In this document: positions 23,328-26,116 of the stretch, one piece after another
Layout of the letters: the number at the start of each line of letters is the position of its first letter
Numbering within the stretch: position 1 is the stretch's first letter
Origin: a virus
Taxonomy: Duplodnaviria; Caudoviricetes
Length of the DNA stretch: 26,116 nt
Strand: one strand, 5' to 3'
Virus record (IMG/VR): IMGVR_UViG_3300044840_000036
Span: 1 to 26,116 of that record
Translations under genes and position numbers: made by a program
The notes under the pieces: generated by a model
Told to the model about the DNA's origin: nothing
What the model saw: only the letters and a program-made list of their open reading frames with translations
Databases searched by the model: none

Positions 23328-24196
23328 TACGCTACCAGATACCTTGCACTACTGTCGCCAGGGCGGGCGTGGGAGTAACGAGTTGTCGTGGTCAGAGAGG
23401 CGTGACCGAGCGTGCTTTGAACGACGTGCACCGGGGCTGACCGATCGAGCGCGTGGCTAGCGTGGGCATGTCGCAGCCAGTGCGCCGATACGCCGGGTGG
23501 TAGTTTGGCGCGTTTCGCCGCCGCTTTGACGATCCGATGCACGCCGGAGCGATCCAGCGGGGTCTTTTGGCGTGACCGGAACACCGGATCATCCGGGCCA
23601 GCGTCCCCCCGCAGGGACATGTTCCTGAGCCAGATCGGCGTCGGCAACAGAATCGGACGCGTCTTGCCGCCCTTGCCCAGCACGGTGATCTGGCCGCCCT
23701 CGGCGCGGGCGATGCAGTCGCGCCAGCGTAGGCCACACAGTTCGGAAACCCGGATGCCCGAGATATACAAGGTGCGCAGGATCGCCGCGTTACGCGGATG
23801 CCGCTCCATCTCCAGCATGCGCTGCACTTGCCACTCAGTCAGGATACGTTCAGCCAGGCGGTCCTGGATCGCCGGGAGTTGGACGGGTGCGGCGACATCA
23901 AAGGCCAGATAACCCAACCGGTGCGCGAAACCGACCAGCGACTTAACCGATGACAGCCGCCTGGCGACGCTGGCCGGCGCCATCTGTTCGATACTCGCGG
24001 CGAACGCCTGCACATCCCCGAGCGTGACCTCACGCAACGGCTTGCCCACGAAGCGAAGGAACAGTCGAACATCCCGCCCGTAGGCATAGCGGGTATTGGC
24101 CGAGCGGTAGTTGCCAACCCATAGATCGATCAGACCGGTATCGCTGGTCGCTTGGACGATCCGGAGGGGCGCCGGGGGTGATAGCGACTGCATCAT
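23327..24196 (-). CDS. Tyrosine recombinase (XerC/XerD-like)
   Basis: N-terminal SANTRYAYGRD domain; catalytic R (SGIRVSEL), K (GKGGKTR), HxLRH (SAHWLRHAHASH), LGH and Y (TTTRY) all present. Confidence 0.93.
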   Translation of the reverse strand: MMQSLSPPAPLRIVQATSDTGLIDLWVGNYRSANTRYAYGRDVRLFLRFVGKPLREVTLGDVQAFAASIEQMAPASVARRLSSVKSLVGFAHRLGYLAFDVAAPVQLPAIQDRLAERILTEWQVQRMLEMERHPRNAAILRTLYISGIRVSELCGLRWRDCIARAEGGQITVLGKGGKTRPILLPTPIWLRNMSLRGDAGPDDPVFRSRQKTPLDRSGVHRIVKAAAKRAKLPPGVSAHWLRHAHASHALDRSAPVHVVQSTLGHASLTTTTRYSHARPGDSSARYLVA

Positions 24197-24215
24197 AATG
24201 TCACTTACGTGCTGC
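24188..24215. other. dif-like 28 bp candidate recombination/operator site overlapping the recombinase start codons
   Basis: CTGCATCATAA-TGTCAC-TTACGTGCTGC, an 11-6-11 layout whose inner arms CATAA/TTACG resemble E. coli dif (GGTGCGCATAA-TGTATA-TTATGTTAAAT). Confidence 0.45.
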
Positions 24216-24229
24216 TCAAAAGGGGTGGT

Positions 24230-24673
24230 TTAGACGGGACGGAACGCCTCTAAGTAAGCCGCCATCAAGCGCAGGCGATGCGGCGAATCCTTCGCACAAC
24301 CAATTGCTACGTTGCATCCGTGACAAAGAAGACCTCGAACCTGCCCAGTCGCGTGGTCATGATCGACGTGCATCTGGCCTCGGCCTGCCCCCAAGGGATC
24401 GTCACAAGCCCTGCATCGTCCAACTTGCTCACACAGGAACGCGTCGAACTGTGCCGCCGTCAGCCCATAATTCTGTCGCCGGGCCTGATGGGCCGCCAGC
24501 CTGCGATCGGTAGCGCTCTCTGCATAGCGTTCGCGCCGCCCGCTACAAAAGCAGACCCTGCACTGATAGCGCAGACCCGACACGGTCGACACGTCATGAT
24601 GAAACTCCGTGAACGGCTTCGCTTGCCGGCACTTGGTGCACCGCCTGTGCCCCGCTAGCGTCGTGTCAGCCAT
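24230..24673 (-). CDS. Endonuclease VII-family (His-Me finger) free-standing endonuclease
   Basis: YGLT...QVGRCRAC...HVDHDHATGQVRGLLCHGCNVAIG...D...AAYL, plus N-terminal CTKC...CRVC zinc ribbon. Confidence 0.9.
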   Translation of the reverse strand: MADTTLAGHRRCTKCRQAKPFTEFHHDVSTVSGLRYQCRVCFCSGRRERYAESATDRRLAAHQARRQNYGLTAAQFDAFLCEQVGRCRACDDPLGAGRGQMHVDHDHATGQVRGLLCHGCNVAIGCAKDSPHRLRLMAAYLEAFRPV

Positions 24674-24735
24674 GTGAGGTTAGCTCTCATCGGGTCAGAG
24701 GTGGTGTCGGTGTTGAAGCACCTTCACTGCCTCGC

Positions 24736-24765
24736 ACTATACCTCATAATGGTGCGTAATATCAA
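24736..24765 (-). promoter_or_regulatory. Sigma70-like promoter upstream of the EndoVII gene
   Basis: TTGATA (24765-60), 18 bp, TATAGT (24741-36). Confidence 0.55.
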
Positions 24766-24812
24766 CGAACCACACTCGTTCTTGCACTCACAATGGCGGT
24801 TTTCCGTCGCGA

Positions 24813-25430
24813 TTAGACCAGCTCGACCGCCGTTTGATCGACCGTGATCGGGCACTCGCGGCCGAACAACTGGATGGGAACGCGGACCTGTTGGCCGTCG
24901 CTCCAGTCGCAGACGGCCTCGAACCCCGTAAACGGCCCCTCAAGCAGCCGCATCAGAGCCCCAACCAGGGAGTTCGGCACATCACCGTCCTCATGGTAGC
25001 AGCCGCCGGCGTCGCACATGCCCCTGATCAGATCCATGGCGCGATCCGGCATTGGCGTCGGCGCATCGGCCAGGCCGAGAATGGCCTCCACGCTCGGCAA
25101 ATGCTGTCGCGACCGCCAGTAGTCGATCAGCCGGAACCGCGAGAAGATGTAGGTTTTGAACAGCGGCGCAGTGCGGGCAGGACGGGCGGGGATGATCGCG
25201 CCCACGGCGTTGCGGCGCGCCCGTGTGGCCGGTTTTGAGATGGTCGGGGCGAACACGTCAAAGCCCTGGGACCCGATCTCTTCCGCCGCCGCCTGTTCGC
25301 TGTCGTAGCGGGTGCGGGCGCAATACCAGCGGGCGAGATCGGGCCGCACAGCAGGCGGCGCTTTCGGCTGCGGGCCGAATCCAGGACGCGGACCGCCCCA
25401 GCGCGACGTTGCGTACTTGAGCATGATCAT
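24813..25430 (-). CDS. NusG/RfaH-family transcription antiterminator (phage paralog)
   Basis: NGN domain WYCART...E...GFDVFAP...PLFKTYIF...PSVEAILG...PTPMP; KOW domain RLLEGPFTGFEA...QLFGR. Confidence 0.88.
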   Translation of the reverse strand: MIMLKYATSRWGGPRPGFGPQPKAPPAVRPDLARWYCARTRYDSEQAAAEEIGSQGFDVFAPTISKPATRARRNAVGAIIPARPARTAPLFKTYIFSRFRLIDYWRSRQHLPSVEAILGLADAPTPMPDRAMDLIRGMCDAGGCYHEDGDVPNSLVGALMRLLEGPFTGFEAVCDWSDGQQVRVPIQLFGRECPITVDQTAVELV

Positions 25431-25874
25431 TTTCCGGAATTGCTACCGCACGGCGTACAGGTTCCAAAGTTAGACGGAACCGGCGCCGTTGACTTGGTAT
25501 TCGATGCGATGTCAGCGCTGATTTAGACGATCTGTCAACGATTCATGCGACCGGAACACAGAGGCGCACGCTCGCGAGAGCGCTTCCGGGCACGCTGCAT
25601 TCGACCATCAGACCCGGCCGCGAAGATAGATCCGGCGACACTGCGGACGGGTTTTCGCGCTCCCCACGCATGGGGTTTCCGCAAGGGATTTAGATAAAAG
25701 AATTCTGATTTAATATTCGCGTCGGTGAAGTTTTAATATGCGATTTAGTTTGTTTTCTGTTGCACGACAGCGATGCATCGCATCACTGATTTAGCATGCG
25801 CGTCACCTGCGTTTTGGTCGCACAAAAACCCCGCGCGACGTTGACCGCCGACCTGGTTGCGGCAGAATCGGGGC

Positions 25875-26116
25875 ATGCAGAATCACCCCGACACGACAGA
25901 CGACGCGCCGGTTGAATCGCGGTTCTCGGTGAATTGGGTGGATGGTCACAGGGTCACCACAGAGGCGCCCGATCCGGCATATCCCGGTGGCACCCCGATC
26001 GAGGTCGCGCTCGATGCGCAGCGGGCCTGTCGCCTGCAGCTCGTATGCCCGGCAGAGCGCTGCGGGCATTGGGTGATTATCTGCCGGCTGTGCGGCTACG
26101 CCATCGCGCTGAAGAC
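25875..26116 (+). CDS. Cys-rich hypothetical protein, 3' partial
   Basis: Not in the track (no stop in window). My translation: MQNHPDTTDDAPVESRFSVNWVDGHRVTTEAPDPAYPGGTPIEVALDAQRACRLQLVCPAERCGHWVIICRLCGYAIALK... Confidence 0.6.
   Translation, partial: MQNHPDTTDDAPVESRFSVNWVDGHRVTTEAPDPAYPGGTPIEVALDAQRACRLQLVCPAERCGHWVIICRLCGYAIALK

Larger units (their letters stand above)
1..26116. mobile_element. Phage/prophage late region (P22-like packaging, head and short-tail module)
   Basis: Co-oriented terS, terL, portal, scaffold, capsid, gp4-like, gp10-like and ejection genes with many start/stop overlaps. No host housekeeping genes or att ends seen, so prophage versus free phage cannot be decided. 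Confidence 0.95.

Noticed and set aside
25803-26069. 88 aa minus-strand ORF in the track
   Set aside because: No motif, and it overlaps a more protein-like plus-strand Cys-rich ORF.
1-26116. tRNA, rRNA, IS transposase, reverse transcriptase or DGR elements
   Set aside because: No cloverleaf, rRNA-like tract, transposase or RT motifs, or template/variable repeat pair was seen by eye.

Overview
High-GC window that is entirely phage or prophage DNA: the late (packaging, head and tail) region of a P22-like short-tailed phage, probably from an alphaproteobacterial host (inference). Almost all genes are on the minus strand. Right to left: NusG-family antiterminator, EndoVII-type endonuclease, Xer-like tyrosine recombinase, ParB-N protein, TerS, small ORFs, intein-containing TerL, an antisense three-gene cassette, portal, scaffold paralog plus scaffold, major capsid, head-tail adaptor, Acb2-like anti-CBASS protein, fibre-like proteins, gp10-like hub, Asp/Asn beta-hydroxylase, cupin and DNA-ejection proteins. 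Most notable: (1) the TerL intein has no recognisable endonuclease in its own frame, but a zinc-finger/HNH endonuclease is overprinted in the +1 frame inside it; (2) four virion-module genes, two of them fibre-like, carry Sec-type signal peptides; (3) the gp4-like adaptor has an AAAA-BBBB nested four-fold repeat; (4) a bulged-hairpin motif occurs in pairs before the scaffold pair and the capsid gene, with a possible Shine-Dalgarno switch; (5) one probable and one possible nucleotide-sponge anti-defence gene sit in the head operon; (6) a dif-like site overlaps the recombinase start. All family calls are from motif recognition by eye; no searches were run.
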